Shown here: positions 1 to 13,200 of the stretch, piece by piece | Layout: the number at the start of each line of letters is the position of its first letter | Position numbering within the stretch: the stretch's first letter is position 1 | NCBI GenBank assembly: GCA_002633005.1 | Contig: NMRA01000199.1 | Span: 256,995-320,994 of the forward strand | Origin: Phoronis australis | Lineage: Eukaryota; Animalia; Phoronida | Reading direction: 5' to 3' | Length of the DNA stretch: 64,000 bases | Made by a program: the position numbers and the translations under genes | Notes under the pieces: generated by a model | What the model saw: only the letters and a program-made list of their open reading frames with translations | Databases searched by the model: none | What the model was told of the DNA's origin: nothing

Positions 1-1199
1 TTTGATGTGATAAAGTAATATAAACAAACTGGATCGGATCTAACAATCCTTCCTCTTTCACCATAAGGTTGTGACGTCATGTGCCCGCAGTATGCCACCA
101 GTTCACCATCATGCTTCTACATGTATAGATTTTAAGGCAACACGATGATTTTCTCATTGATGATGTATAGCTTTTGTACAAACAGGTATGGGGGTAGTAG
201 AACAAAGTCAATTTTAGACCTGTGAGTAAGATTTCCTCCTAACCCGTTGTGCAAGTCATTGACACGATACTGACTTACGACTCTGGTCATGCAACAGGCA
301 GAAGGACAGTGCCAACTCTTTCTTTACTTGAGTAGTCGCATCAGAACAGATACCAGTGGTGGAGGCGCGTAGGCGCGCGTAAGCGAAGCCAACCACCTTT
401 TGGCATTTGAACGTAACGCCTACGCACCGCAGGTAACGTTCAGTCCTCAAGGCGATACGGTGGGCTTTTGGCGCCAACTTGCCTCTAATTTTACCACTAC
501 AGCACTGACAGATACTAGTCTTAAACTTGAGATCTATTCGTTACAAGTATTTCAAAGGCCCACTACATTACACTTAAATGGACTGGAGCAAGATTCTCCT
601 GTGAATACTCAAAACCTCGAGTAATAGAGCTTCGCACGAATAATAGTGATTAGAGAAATTTTGGTCTAGAACAAATGGACGTATACCTTTTCATACGTTT
701 AAATATGCGAAGAGTCGATAGGCTTTTCCGTCTACAATGGTCATTCAAGATTTCTTCTCCCTGAAATATTTGCTTTCTCACTAGTCCAGTCTTGCAGTTA
801 TCTTGAAATTGGCATTCGGTGCTGTTTCTTTTTTAAGATTTCATGAAAAAAACGTTTTGAAAATCGCACAGCATTCTCACACTTGGTGCACCCAAAATAA
901 TTTATGATCCGGCACTTCCTAAAGGCTCTGATAGATTCTGGGTAACAAGAAGTGTTTTTTTCCACACCATCTTACCGAGTACTTGTAAACCTACTTCATG
1001 CTGGAGCTTACGTTACTGGAACTAATAGTACGTACCTAGTCTTCTACCAACTTAGATTTATGAAGTATCCCCAGAATGTTGAAAATCTGCTGGTGTAATA
1101 TCATCCACAAGTTTGCGAAGACTTAAAACTCAGTTGGTGGCCGTAAAGAAGACACCTGGGGGTAGCAAATCTGATCGATGCGGGCTTTAGGCAGTACTT

Positions 1200-1354
1200 T
1201 GCCTGGTGTGCGTTCAATACCGCCAGGACCTACGCTAGGACCTAGCTAAAATCTAGCCAATCATGTGCTGTCATTTAAAAAACACGGCAATATGTCACGC
1301 AATCTCGCAAAAGCTTGCTTTTTAGCGGGGTCCTAGCGTTACTGAAAGGGAGGT
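1200..1354. mobile_element. Short non-autonomous DNA transposon (AGCCT...AGGCT-type MITE), copy 1; partial further copy at ~1511-1585
   Basis: Aligns along its length with 28945-29102; imperfect inverted ends (CAATACCGCCAGGACC / GGTCCTAGCGTTACTG). Confidence 0.7.
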
Positions 1355-1872
1355 TGTTCTTGCCTGTCTAACCATGGTTCATACTCTGTGTATGTGTGTG
1401 TGATTGAACGAGGAACAAGAACTCTAGTGCTCTTCGCCTAATACTAGATTACACCAGTGCATTTAAAGATAAATTAGTATAGTTCAGAAGCTGTTGCGCT
1501 GTGAGAACAGTCTAGCCAAAATCACGTGATCTCATTGAAAATACACGCCAATGTTTCGCGTAATCACGCGAAGTCTTGTTTTTTTATTTTCCCCACCAAA
1601 ATTTCTTAACACTAGAAATGTAATTTGGGAATTGATATCCGGAGATGCACGGAGCCATTTCCGACTAGTAGACTACAACAGTGAAAATTCTGCTGTTATG
1701 ATTGTGTCTCAGGGCTATAATGCCAAGAAAGCCACTTTGATTGTGACCAATTTAGGGTGGTGACTATCATAGCTTAAAAGGTGCACATCTACGTTTGTGA
1801 ACCTCATCGACCACTATAGCGCTTTTGCATTTTCATTTGTGCCAACAGAGAGCGCTGTTCGCAACCACTCGC

Positions 1873-2012
1873 CTTCGTTTTCTTTTAGCTCAGTCGCCAC
1901 TTGTTTCTTTATTTCTGTCCAGGAGAGATTATTGTCCTCATGATGATGGTGACTCAAAGCGGACAATAACTCAAGACCGTCTAACTGCGTGTCGTTGTTG
2001 TAATCATGAAGT
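1873..2012 (-). CDS. MCFD2: MCFD2-like coding exon 3 (EF-hand 1)
   Basis: TTACAG acceptor; LHDYNNDTQLDGLELLSALSH EF-hand loop; probable donor AAG|GCGAGT (GC type). The 3' boundary is less certain. Confidence 0.8.
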
Positions 2013-4258
2013 CTGTAATAAATAACGCGCTGAACATCAATATCAAAGGAGTTACACTGTGTAGAATGCGGCATCAGCGGCAACGGTGGCGTCGATGGTG
2101 GCGGCATTACCAACAGACTGGGGTATTCAATTTGAAATGCATGATTCTCACTACTTCGTTATCCATTTCATCCTAAGACATTTCTTGTTAGCGTGGGACG
2201 AAGAGCGTGTGAGCGCACCTGTCCCGCATGCCGTCAGTTTCGTTCCCCCCTCGCCAACTTTTCACATCACGCCCGGTTATCATTACTTCCGATCCCGTTC
2301 GCCCCCACTTTCGACCGTTGGTCAGCACTTTCGCGCTCCCACATTCCCTCGCCCCAGCACATTGGTTCGGATATCGGGAAGTTTCGTTGCCTCTAAAGCT
2401 TCATTACCTTCAAGGCATAGATGTCAGTATGTTGGAGAAACTCACCCCCACCCCGTTTCCTACGCCTGCATAGTTATCCCCGACACATATTTTTAAGAAA
2501 ATCCATTGGTGCTTTTACGGACATTGTTATGATGGGAATTTAAACCTGTCGTTTTGCCTGTACATTTTAAAGTTTACAGAATATCCACTTCAAATCAATT
2601 GCTATGTCCATAATAAAGGATAGCATTTGATTTAACGCATAAGCAAACCAAACACAAAACAAGATCATACAAGCAGTGAAGTGAAATACGTACTTAAAAT
2701 AATGCCATTCCAGCTCATCTTCAGTCATCTTTGAGGGATCAAAGTCTGCTACACCGTCATAGTGATCTTTGATATGGCTGAAATATCAAACACGTAAACT
2801 TAAAAGGAATTATTGAGGTTCACATATTAATCATTATACGTTGATGTATATTTCAACATTTTTATTTTCAAGACTAAAACACCGAAAACAGTCATTGGTC
2901 ATTTGCTGAAACACACTCTTTACTTAAAAATCATTCGTCAACTGACATTTTTTGGCAAATTCCACAACTTAGGTACAATTAATTTTAATACATACTTATT
3001 TGACTGGCAAATATCACAACAGAAACGATTCTCCCTCAATCGAAATTTTCATGAAGGGTGTGTTCGAGTATATTCAAATGTCCTTCAGAAATTATGAATG
3101 TGAAAAAAATAACAGCAGGTGATCCTCTCTGCGTGTGTGCGTGTGTGCCGTCTATTGTACATTGTTTTTGTGTTTTCAATAAATTTTTCAATATCCGAAA
3201 AATTATTGAAAATAATGGCAATTTTGGCTTCGTGTACGTACATCATTTAACTTTTTCCAGGTTTCCGACAAATATGCCCCGTAATCAAAAGCCGTTTATA
3301 AGAAGCTCGTCTTAAAGATTTTACCCGAAATGAAATGAATGGTACGATTAGATGTGCACTCACAGAAAGCAAACACAAACACAAACACAAACGCAAATTT
3401 ACACATATTTAAGTCACTATCACAGGAATATATTTCCGCTAAACTTACTATCTTCAGTAGGTGTTTTTTTATTACTGGTTACGACTTCATGAACCGCCTA
3501 TTTCTTGAACAGTGCATTAAAAGAACCATAAATCATATGGAACAGCAGTATTCCCTCTGGGCAGTTTTTGAAAGTATTGAATGAACAACGTGAATGGTTT
3601 TTGCCAGAATTCAATATTTTCGGACAGTCTCATACAAGTACTTGTCTAAAAATCATGCGCACGAACCACAAAAATAATACACAAGAGCACCGAGTCACAC
3701 GCACGAAATCCACGGATCCTCGTGCGTGTGATTTGTGTTCGTATGTGCGATTTTTGTGGCTTGTGAGCATGATTTTTATTTGTATGCTCGATTTTTGGGT
3801 TCTTTTTTATGATCCATTGGTTCGTATGCGTGATCCATAAGTTCATAGGTGGTTCGTGCGTGGGTGTCTATGGTAGCCATGTAATGGGGACAGACTCGAA
3901 TGGCCAGCACGGTGTGAACACGTAAAAACGACTCTATTATACATTGAATTGATGCATTGAAGTGCCATTGAAATTTGAATTTGATATAGTAGGGGAATCG
4001 ATAATGTAATCATGTAAAATTCATTAGTGTGTGGGAAACATAGATTTTGTGCCAGGAAGTTTCCGGGTAGCCTCAGACCCGCTCGTGAGCCCGCGCTACC
4101 CACGCTGGCTCGTCGGTCGCATACCAGGAGTGCGAACTTTATTGACGTACTTACTCCTTATCCAGTGCATGCTTTGAGTCATGTAACCCATGATATTCGT
4201 CCCCACACACAGTCGTGCACATCAAAATGACCAGAATCGAGATGGCGTGTCCATGCAT
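1873..4258 (-). CDS. MCFD2: MCFD2-like EF-hand ER-Golgi cargo receptor subunit; 3 coding exons (4258-4155, 2777-2694, 2012-1873); 3' exon not found in window
   Basis: Spliced translation MHGHAISILVILMCTTVCG-DEYHGLHDSKHALDKDHIKDHYDGVADFDPSKMTEDELEWHYFKLHDYNNDTQLDGLELLSALSHHHH... has a signal peptide followed by the MCFD2 signature HIxxH...M(S/T)xxELxxHYFKxHDYxxxxxLDGLEL. Intron phases 2/2 are consistent with GT-AG ends. Confidence 0.9.
2694..2777 (-). CDS. MCFD2: MCFD2-like coding exon 2
   Basis: TTTCAG acceptor; encodes HIKDHYDGVADFDPSKMTEDELEWHYF; donor AA|GTACGT; 84 nt, phase 2-2. Confidence 0.9.
3658..3860. repeat. Palindromic (foldback) element, likely a MITE, in an MCFD2 intron
   Basis: Outer inverted repeat CGCACGAACCAC/GTGGTTCGTGCG and inner CACACGCACGA/TCGTGCGTGTG. 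Confidence 0.6.
4155..4258 (-). CDS. MCFD2: MCFD2-like first coding exon (signal peptide)
   Basis: ATG at 4258, hydrophobic ISILVILMCTTVCG, donor GA|GTAAGT at 4154; polypyrimidine acceptor TTTCTTTTTCTTGTAG just upstream implies non-coding 5' exon(s). Confidence 0.85.
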
Positions 4259-5454
4259 TGCTATACTACAAGAAAAAGAAACTGGTTTGGTATTACATGT
4301 GTTATTCTTTGATTGGTCCTAGGATATCGGTCGTCATATAAGTTCATTGAAATAGCGCACATGAAAAAATTCACAAGGGGTGGGTAAGATAAACGGATAA
4401 AAAGTTTAAACAAACTTAAACAGGCAAGATAGATACTGAGATACATACACGAAGCATTTGGAAACTTTAACATGTAAAATTACAAGTCAAAGCTATGCAT
4501 ATATATAAATAGTAAACACTATTTGGTTAACTATTCAGTGATAGATAAGTATCTTGAGTAGCTTCAGGCAGTCGACGGTAGCGACCCCAGGTGGTCTACA
4601 TGTGTAATATTGATGAACTAACCTGATGATGCCCGGCGGTGAGGGTGTATCTCCATACACAGAGAGCGGGATTCAGTTTGACACTATACCCCGTGCTGGG
4701 TGTACACAAGTTAGTCTTGTGACTGAACTCAGTGTTACATGAGGCCATCCTGAATGAATAGAATCTAGCTTGTGACCCAGGTCGGCATAGGTGTCCTGCA
4801 GTCAGCCTGAGTTTGCCAGAAATAGTTTCAACACTGTGCGTGCTGAGGCAATAGGTAATGAAAGTTGGAAACACAACGGGATGTCGGTATATCGTTCGTG
4901 TAAGGTTTCCAGACTGCTGACCATGCGCACCACAGGTGACCAGTAATCATCAGCCGTACTAACTTACGTTTACGAACACTTGATAGGCCTACGAACATGG
5001 CCGTACAGGCCTAACGAGGCAAACTCAGCAAGGGGCCAGGTTCAGAGAATTACCATTTTACGTCACCGAGTTAAAAGTGAGTTACTGGCATAGTGTGTAC
5101 ACTTCAAGGTTATGTTACGTAAGAGATAAGAAAACACTGAGGATTCGTCTAACTCAATGAAGAAAATGGACATACTGTCATGGAAGCAAACATCAGAGGC
5201 TAGTGCTGTTGGAATATAAACCACCGGGGGTGCTCATAGAATAACAGTGAATCAACGGTAAAAGTGAAGCATAACTGGTTTTACTATACTGACAGGCTGG
5301 TGGAATAAATTTTGAGCAGCAAAACATTATTTTTTTCTGATACTTAACATACAGTGTATTGGCATGATATGAGTCCAGCTTAAAGAAACATACAAGTGCA
5401 CTAACTTGCTCAAACTGTCAGAAATGACAATGCATAATTACTTGGTAATTATGT

Positions 5455-5699
5455 TTAACTCACAATGACAGTGTGAGAAATGTCCTGCACTGTATCTATG
5501 ATCTGCGGGATGTCAGCTTCAGTGACTACGTGCACTATTCGCTTGTCGTTCATTTTCAGGAATATTTCACCATCAGTTGTCCAAGTTTTCTCGCAAGGGC
5601 TGTTTCTATCATTGCACATTTGGCGGCATTTGTAGAACAAGGCTGATTGTCGCTTAGTTAGACTTTCACTGATGAAGATCTTGTCACCGGCCAGAAGTT
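5455..5699 (-). mobile_element. CR1/L2-type LINE ORF1 C-terminal fragment, truncated by assembly gap
   Basis: Reads LLAGDKIFISESLTKRQSALFYKCRQM...KTWTTDGEIFLK...IVHV; the IFIxExLT...W(T)xDGxIF pattern is typical of CR1/L2 ORF1 (FP-protein-like) C-termini. Confidence 0.7.
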
Positions 5700-5797
5700 N
5701 NNNNNNNNNNNNNNNNNNNNNNNNNNNNNNNNNNNNNNNNNNNNNNNNNNNNNNNNNNNNNNNNNNNNNNNNNNNNNNNNNNNNNNNNNNNNNNNNN
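5700..5797. other. Assembly gap (98 N) followed by (GT)n microsatellite 5798-5813
   Basis: N run seen directly. Confidence 0.99.
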
Positions 5798-8700
5798 GTG
5801 TGTGTGTGTGTGTTATATCGTTATTATGGTAACTAAACTATTCAAAGAAGTAAATGTACCTTCTGTGATATTTTCCTTCTGATTTCCACGACGTAGAGAA
5901 AATAAACATAATTAGATTATTGAGTTTCACTGTACGCGTTTTAGCAAGACGTCTCAGACAATTTTATTTCTGGTACAGGTATGTCTCAGGTTTTTTGTCA
6001 TATCGTCACCGAACATGGGTTAAACAAAAAAGCACCAGTGAAAATACGATTCACAAAATAATTAATTTAAGCAGTGCAGTTTCAGGGCTAAGAAACTAGC
6101 TTCAGTTGAGAGAACTGTTTTAGAATATTCAAAAATTAATTTCGCTTGAGCCTGGAATATTTAGAACACATTATAATTAATACCCATGTGATTCACTGAC
6201 TATGTTCTTTAATAGTCCTCTTAAGGGGCATTTCCTTTTATTCATACTGCCTAAAACAAAGCAAGATACCCAATGACACGAAACCATGACGTTTTAATCG
6301 TGATCAATGTGCCGTAGAGACCATCGAAAGCTATCGGTTCACCGCAATTACCTTTTAGGTCCTTTTAAAAGTAGAAATCTTTTGCTATTCTGACAAGGGA
6401 AATCTTAAAAGGCGCGCTAATTTTCGTGATTTCGGTGTTTAGACAAATGTGAGAATGAAATATGCAGCTTGAACATTTCAAACTTTCAAACTAACCCCCC
6501 CCCCCAGTAAATCCACTTTTTGATTAGAGCGACTTTATAGTCTTTACAGTCGAAAAACGCATGATAAACTGTTGGATGGGGTATACTTTTGAAGTTATTA
6601 GCTTTTTACAGATCTATAAAGTAATAAAATCTAACGTTTTTATGATTCTAGTACATACAATAGCGAATATTTTCTCCCGTGCGAGATGAGTTGAACATTT
6701 TTAATGTCGAGCTTTTGTAAACAGGCAGCAGGATTACATTCCTCTCCCGTCTTCCAGAAATAATATAATTATAGAACCGTGTCTTCCAAAATGGGCAAAT
6801 CTGCTTTGAAGACCCGATAATACTTAATTGCTAACCTATGCAGGTTTTGGGGGTTAAATATTACTAGAGTAAGGCGTTGTTGAACACCGTGCTTGAACTC
6901 AAAAATTGCGTGCCGGTCAAAACAAGCTACTTGCGAATAACTTGAAGGCGGTCTCTGAAGGACTCGTGGTTCATTAGCCGGGAAGTCGAGAATGATTGGC
7001 CTCGCAGATTTTGCGAAAACAAATCAAAGCAAAAGAGAATCACATGCAGGAAAATGCTCCGAACATTGTGTCGTATTGTTGCACATTCACGTAAAGAAGT
7101 CAGGTATTTTTTGGTCGAAAAAGTTTTGAACAACTGTTGAAAAGTTGTTTGAGATAAAGTATTGTAATTCAGTTCAACGTTTAATTCATGCTTCATTATC
7201 GTTGATTATATCACTTTAAAAAAGGAGCAGCTTTCGTGTGCTATATTTTTAAAGTTTATGTGAGACGTTTACTATCTCAAGATCTCAACTGTCGTAACGC
7301 AGTTTGAGGTCTCACTGCAGTAGTTGTATTGTTTCCAACAAAGCACATTTCCACAGAACAGTAGCCCAGCTGGAGAGCACGTGGATAGAGAGCAGAGCAG
7401 AGCCATGACGTGTAGGTTAGTAGTATTCCGTGCAATCTTCATAAGTCTTTTGTGACGTGAATTCTCTACAGTACATTTTGTCGACGTTTTGCTGTTTGCG
7501 TAACATTAGCGGTATTCGATCTACTCCTGTTTGCTTGATCCGCACTCCACATTTGGGAAACTTATTGAATGATAAGCTTCAATTCTTCCTTTATATATCT
7601 ACCTGAGTATCAAAAACGTAATGAGGTGAAATTTTAGCAATAATTTGCCTACCTTTGATACATGTGCACACGGTCACACCGACAAGCCTAGTAATTATCG
7701 CGAGTATTTCCCCACCTGTTCTTTCTCACATCACCGGAAGACTCATCAAAACCAATACAAGACAAGAAGAGCACGGAGAAAGATATACCTGTCATATTCG
7801 TATGAACACGGGCGGGAATTATAGGGGTTTAGGGTGAAATGGTCCCGTGGCCTGAATAATAGTTGGTTCCATCAAAATGATGGGAATGGCAGTCAAAAGA
7901 CGGATCGAGACGTCGACTAAAATATCGTGTCATCATAAAAATTATGAAGTACAATTTGGATATTATTCACGCACGTTACCGCAACTAGCATTAGATGAGA
8001 TCTTCGCTGCGCAAATTCTGTGACAGCCGTGTATGGTTTTAAAAATGCGTATTTTTACGTTTAAATTATTAAGTTACATGTGCAAAATTCAGGCTAATGC
8101 TCATACATGTACTGCGTGTGTACTCTAGGTAATCACTGGCGAATTTTGAAGGTGATGAAATTTCTTCGTGATTTCTCTTCTATTTTGTGCTTAAAAACGG
8201 TTATCTAAGAAAGAAATTCTCTTTGAATTTGCTCGCCAAGAGCTTAGAAAAATAAAAAAGTTCAATTTCACATTAGTTAGTCTCGATAGTTTTTCCAAAA
8301 ACTGTCTTCAAATTTCCTACCGTGAACTCACCTGGGCGCTTTTACGCCTACTGTATCGCACGTCACAATTAAAGTTACATTCTCTGTCACGGTGGGGCAT
8401 GAATGAAACGGAATTACACGTATTATCTCAGACAACACTTCAACAGTTGTTTTTATAATTGTTTCACCAAACATCTCCATTTTTACGTATTCTTTGTATT
8501 TGCTTCCTGAAAAATCAATGAGGCACATTTACTTTCATGCGACTCTCTATTCTTGTTTCCTTCTCTTTCAAAAAGTTCCTATTACAGACGTATTTGCATG
8601 CTCCTAACTAAGCTAACGTATAGCAGGATCACTTAAACGACAACGCTATATGAACATCAGCTACACTTAACAAAGTGCTATCGTTGACATCTTGTAAATG

Positions 8701-9866
8701 TAGGTGACATTTGCACTGATGACGTACCCTGGGGGCTACACTTAGCCCAAATAAGGCAGTGTGGTTCCACAACACCACGTCCCGATACTTACTGCATACG
8801 TTTGAGTGATTTACGGTGGATCATTTTCAGCACAAAAGTCGTTCTTAAAAACATTCGGCAATTTCCATCTACTTCATCGTCCCTATGTGTTGTGTTTGTA
8901 ATTTGACTAAGTAATTACAGAGATCAGGAAAATAGCGTGTAAGTTCCACTTTGAAATCAATCAAAAGTAGCCTTGAATGTCAAGCTATTTCCAGCGGTAG
9001 GCGAGAGGATATGCAAACTCACCTTGTCCAGTAAGAACTGAAGCCGAGCAAACTTGAACATTACTGGTAAGGAGATGTTCAACTCATCACAGTCCAGTGC
9101 TTGGTTTCATTTTCAAATCCTTATTCTAGAGAAATTTCTCTCCAACTATTCGCATCTACTCACATACAGCTAGGAAAGTAGTTCTGTTGGCTTTTTATGT
9201 TGGCTTTAATCATCACCAACTCAAGTGGCCATTTTTCATTGCACAACAGACAGCAAATCATACTAAAGAGGGCGCCTCGATTTCGGAAATCGTCGACTTC
9301 TAATTTTAAACACCGTAACACAACGGATTTTTGTTGCTTTTATGGTTCCGATCAAAGCTAGAAATTTCAAAATTCTATGATCCTACCCAGCAAAAATCAC
9401 CAAAATTTTCAACACCAAAACCCATTGGTCCTGTCTCTTAAGTTTACATTATAACTCTCCGTTACTGTTACAGCAGATAAACGTACGGTGTTTGTTAAAT
9501 TACTGTAGTATTAAAAATGCGTTATTATTAAAACACCACCTATTTTCTGTAGATAGCAAAGAAGCAACGTAGTCGAGAACGAACTGACCTAACAAAATTA
9601 AACCAAACTGTTCATCGGCCAAGAAAATTCCAATAATAAAATCATAAGTCAACTGTACTTACGGACATAATTGTCAGTCTACTCGTGTATTTAACCATGT
9701 GCATTAAAATGATAAATTTACACCTTTTAATTGATCCACTTTCAAAATACACAAGTAATTTTGTGCGAGCACATTTTACTGATACCTGTCCAGTAAACCC
9801 AACTAGAAGTCATTTTCTCAAGCAATTGGTTCGTTTCTTCACCACTAGCGTCGCTTTAGCAGCCAC

Positions 9867-9873
9867 TATAAAG
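9867..9873 (+). promoter_or_regulatory. Candidate TATA box of the clan-2 CYP
   Basis: TATAAAG about 80 nt upstream of the ATG at 9951; position only. Confidence 0.4.
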
Positions 9874-9950
9874 CCTGTCTCCTCAGAAGCGGGCCTCACA
9901 TGTATTTCACCATTCCTCTGCGATCAGTGTTTACAGGTGAACCTCTCGCG

Positions 9951-10201
9951 ATGTTCGACGTTGCTATTTTGTTGCTTTGCCTGACATTTGCTCTTTTGCT
10001 AAAAAGCAGCCTGAGAGGTAGTCTCGGCAACAATATCGGCTGGTTTTCGTGGCTTTTAGGCAGAGGTGGAATGCCAATAGTGCCTTATTTGCCGATCGTG
10101 GGAAAGACCTTATATTTGAGACGAGATATTCCAATATTCGTAGCCTATGAAGAGCTGGCGAAGCAATTTGGGGAAGTTTTTGCCATCAAACACGGTAGCA
10201 G
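9951..10201 (+). CDS. Clan-2 CYP exon 1
   Basis: Membrane anchor, PYLPIVG, LAKQFGEVF; donor AG|GTAAGC. Confidence 0.9.
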
Positions 10202-13200
10202 GTAAGCGCCGAAATCAAAAGTTGCAAATTAACAGCGAAACGTTTTGTTATACTTTCAACGGTTACACTGGCATTGTTTAAAATGCTAAAACTGCATAAA
10301 TTACGATAAAATCACTATAACGCGTAATTTTTATATGACTTGATCAAACTTGTCAATTATATAACAATAAAGATGAACAAACAGCATGTGTGAACCATCA
10401 CGTGACGCAATGCCCGCGGAGACGGAACTACAGTATATATGTCCGGGTACTCAACATTTTTTTTTTTAAATACTTGTTGAGTTAAAACAGTGCGTGTTGT
10501 AGGGAAATAAGGATACCCACTCTATTATAGAGTTGACATAGAAAAAGCAAGTTGGTTTATTTATTTAGAAGGATTGATCTATTTTTGGAGCATTACTATG
10601 ACCGTGTCATTGTATATAATGGCTTGAATGCATGCGTCCGAGGTTCTGTTCTGGGATGAAAGGGTCTTTTTAGGATAGGAATTATACAAGTGGCCCCATT
10701 TTGCAATAGAATTCTACCAAAGGGTTTCATGTTTAATTTTAAGATTGTTGCATTAAAAAGACATTGATGTAAATAGATCTTTGCTTAATTTTATTACAAA
10801 ATAATAATTAAATGTCTTGAATTTTCACGAAGATATCTAAGTGCAAGTTTCATCATTTCCTATGATATACAACTGTCCTACCCACACAGTATGCTGTTGC
10901 TACCTTGTTAGCCATCTGTCTACCGTTGAACCAAGAACCGGGTAACCCAACTATACCAACACGACTATCCCCACATTGCTGGAACCGCTGTACCCACATT
11001 AATTGCTGGAGCCATATTCTCTACAAATGTCTATTGTTCGTGTTTTGGCTAAAAATGCCTTTTCACGCGCCGATTTAGCCGGTCCTTTCGTGTAACATAA
11101 AGTTCTGGAAATGGTAACTTTCAACATGTGCAAAAAATACCAAAACACGCTTTTAATACTACATGTATGTACGAATGAAACTTCTAAAGCAATAAGACGG
11201 AAGCTAAATTTTAATTTAAAAAAGTAAACATTGCCAAAGCGCATGCGGACTAGCTTCACGTATAGACAGAGATCGTGTAACTTCGTACTATAGTTTACAT
11301 AACAGCCACAGGCTTCGCATACCAAAGTCAGCCATTACACGAATGCTCAAAACAAAAACAGCACAGCAGTTCAGCATGGTAGTGAGCTATTCAAAGTCAT
11401 ATTCCTGGGTTGTAACAGGTCTGTGTTTTTTTAAATATGTGACCTGACGTGAATTTGTTGTTTGTTTATTATTCTAACTTGGGTTTTTTATTTCAAATGG
11501 ATCTGCTCCAGCGTTGGTCATGTACTCTAATGACTTGTTTACTTTCTTGAGGCTGAACTGTCCCCTGGAATCTATCCACACACGGTCTTAACAGGATGAC
11601 ACAGTGTTCACAGAAACATCCCAGAGCCAAATAACCATTTCCTAATATTGCAACATTGTGTGGTTTGTACTGGACTTAGGAAAGCAAAGCTAGTTCTGTA
11701 CACAACTAACAATGACCTTGAACACATTTGTTTTAGGCCAAAACAGAAGCACCACCTTTATTTACATAGGCGCTAATATTAAAGTTCGTGACAATGACTT
11801 TATTATGACGTAGATGTGCTACACAGTGAAAGCTTTCTTGAGCAAACTGTTGCACGGTTGCGTACATTTTACTTTCAGAAATTTCTTGAAACAGCTAGTA
11901 CATGTTAACACTTGGAATGGGCAACTTAAAAACTCCGGAAGTTAGTCTTCCAAATTTTGATCTCTGACTAGATCAGTACGTAGGTTCACAAGCTCAGCAC
12001 AGAAAATCAAGTAGTTATCCACTGATCGGATTCTGAGCTTAACACTGGAATACTGGTACTCAAAATTTTGAAAACTTTTAAGTCTCTGTATTGCTCGCTC
12101 CATATGGATTCTTACCGTACTGTGGAAATGCGCCATGTTTTTGTTAGACCTATTTCTACTAAGGTGTGGCTTGCCTTTGGGGAAAGCTGGTATGCTTAAT
12201 TTAACTCGTCTTGGAAACATGAGTTCATCAATAGTAAAACCTCTATCTGCCATAACTTTGTCTTTGGGTAAAAGGTATTTCAGAAATCCAGATTTTTGAA
12301 TTATGTATGTGTCACTACCTCTTGCCCCCAAATGCTTTAGATACGTACATGGTGTACCGATTTTTGGTGCAATTGCAACCATATACTTTGCAGTACTATG
12401 AGATTTGTACTGGCTAGGGTTCACTCCCTGTCAACGATTTCAAATCAGCTGATCTGCTACCAAATACAAAACACAAGCAGGCACACCAGCTCAGAAGGCT
12501 GGTTTTACAGGCAGGCTGTACTGACTCCAGTGTTTAGTCTAACATGCCTGTAATGGCGTGGTCTCAATATGGCGCTCCCCAGGAATTCGGCAGTTTCCGT
12601 AACGGAATCTGTCTGTACCAGAATCCAAAGGTAGAAGCAAACAGAAATAGCGAATAGCCAATTAGTCGGCCTGAAGGGCAACTCTTTCGTCGAATTTCTG
12701 AAGAGATCATACGAGACTTAGACTTGAAGTATTCTGATGATGGGAAACTTTCAGCAGTGTCGAGCACAAGAACTTCAGTGTTCTCCCGTTTGGATCGTGC
12801 ATTTTCATTGCCATAAGAAAGCACCATCACCAGGGACTCTATACTCTGCTACCTAGTCCGCATGAAAACAAACCAGTGGATGAGCGATGGTAGCCTCAGA
12901 TTGTATGCAAGCAAAATTGGGTACGTTGGTTGACCGGAGCTTAATTGTTGCGAGATGTCATACAAAGTCATGCGTGGCAGTGGGAGGCAAACAATTTGAT
13001 TCCTGTTATTCAGTGGAGATATCTGGTTCTCAAACTGCAGAACCCTGACAGTGGCCATATCATTACTACATGCAGGACAATATACTATGAATCAGTGGGA
13101 CTTCCTCAAAGACAAAGGTGTATATCAGATCAATGGGAGCATTAACAAAGGTTGAGCAGGTTACATCTCAGGTGACTGGATACTAATTTGGCTTTGTGTT

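Noticed and set aside
60-480. Minus-strand exon pair with a ~58-nt intron (donor near 278, acceptor near 220)
   Set aside because: The spliced peptide resembles nothing I recognise and stops early.
1059-1125. LRKLVDDI... as the missing last MCFD2 exon
   Set aside because: Wrong phase for the predicted donor and no DxNxDG EF-hand loop.
4596-4874. DIRS/Ngaro tyrosine recombinase remnant (FYSFRM resembles HSFRIG)
   Set aside because: Single weak motif; GRWxS and other catalytic residues are not recognisable.
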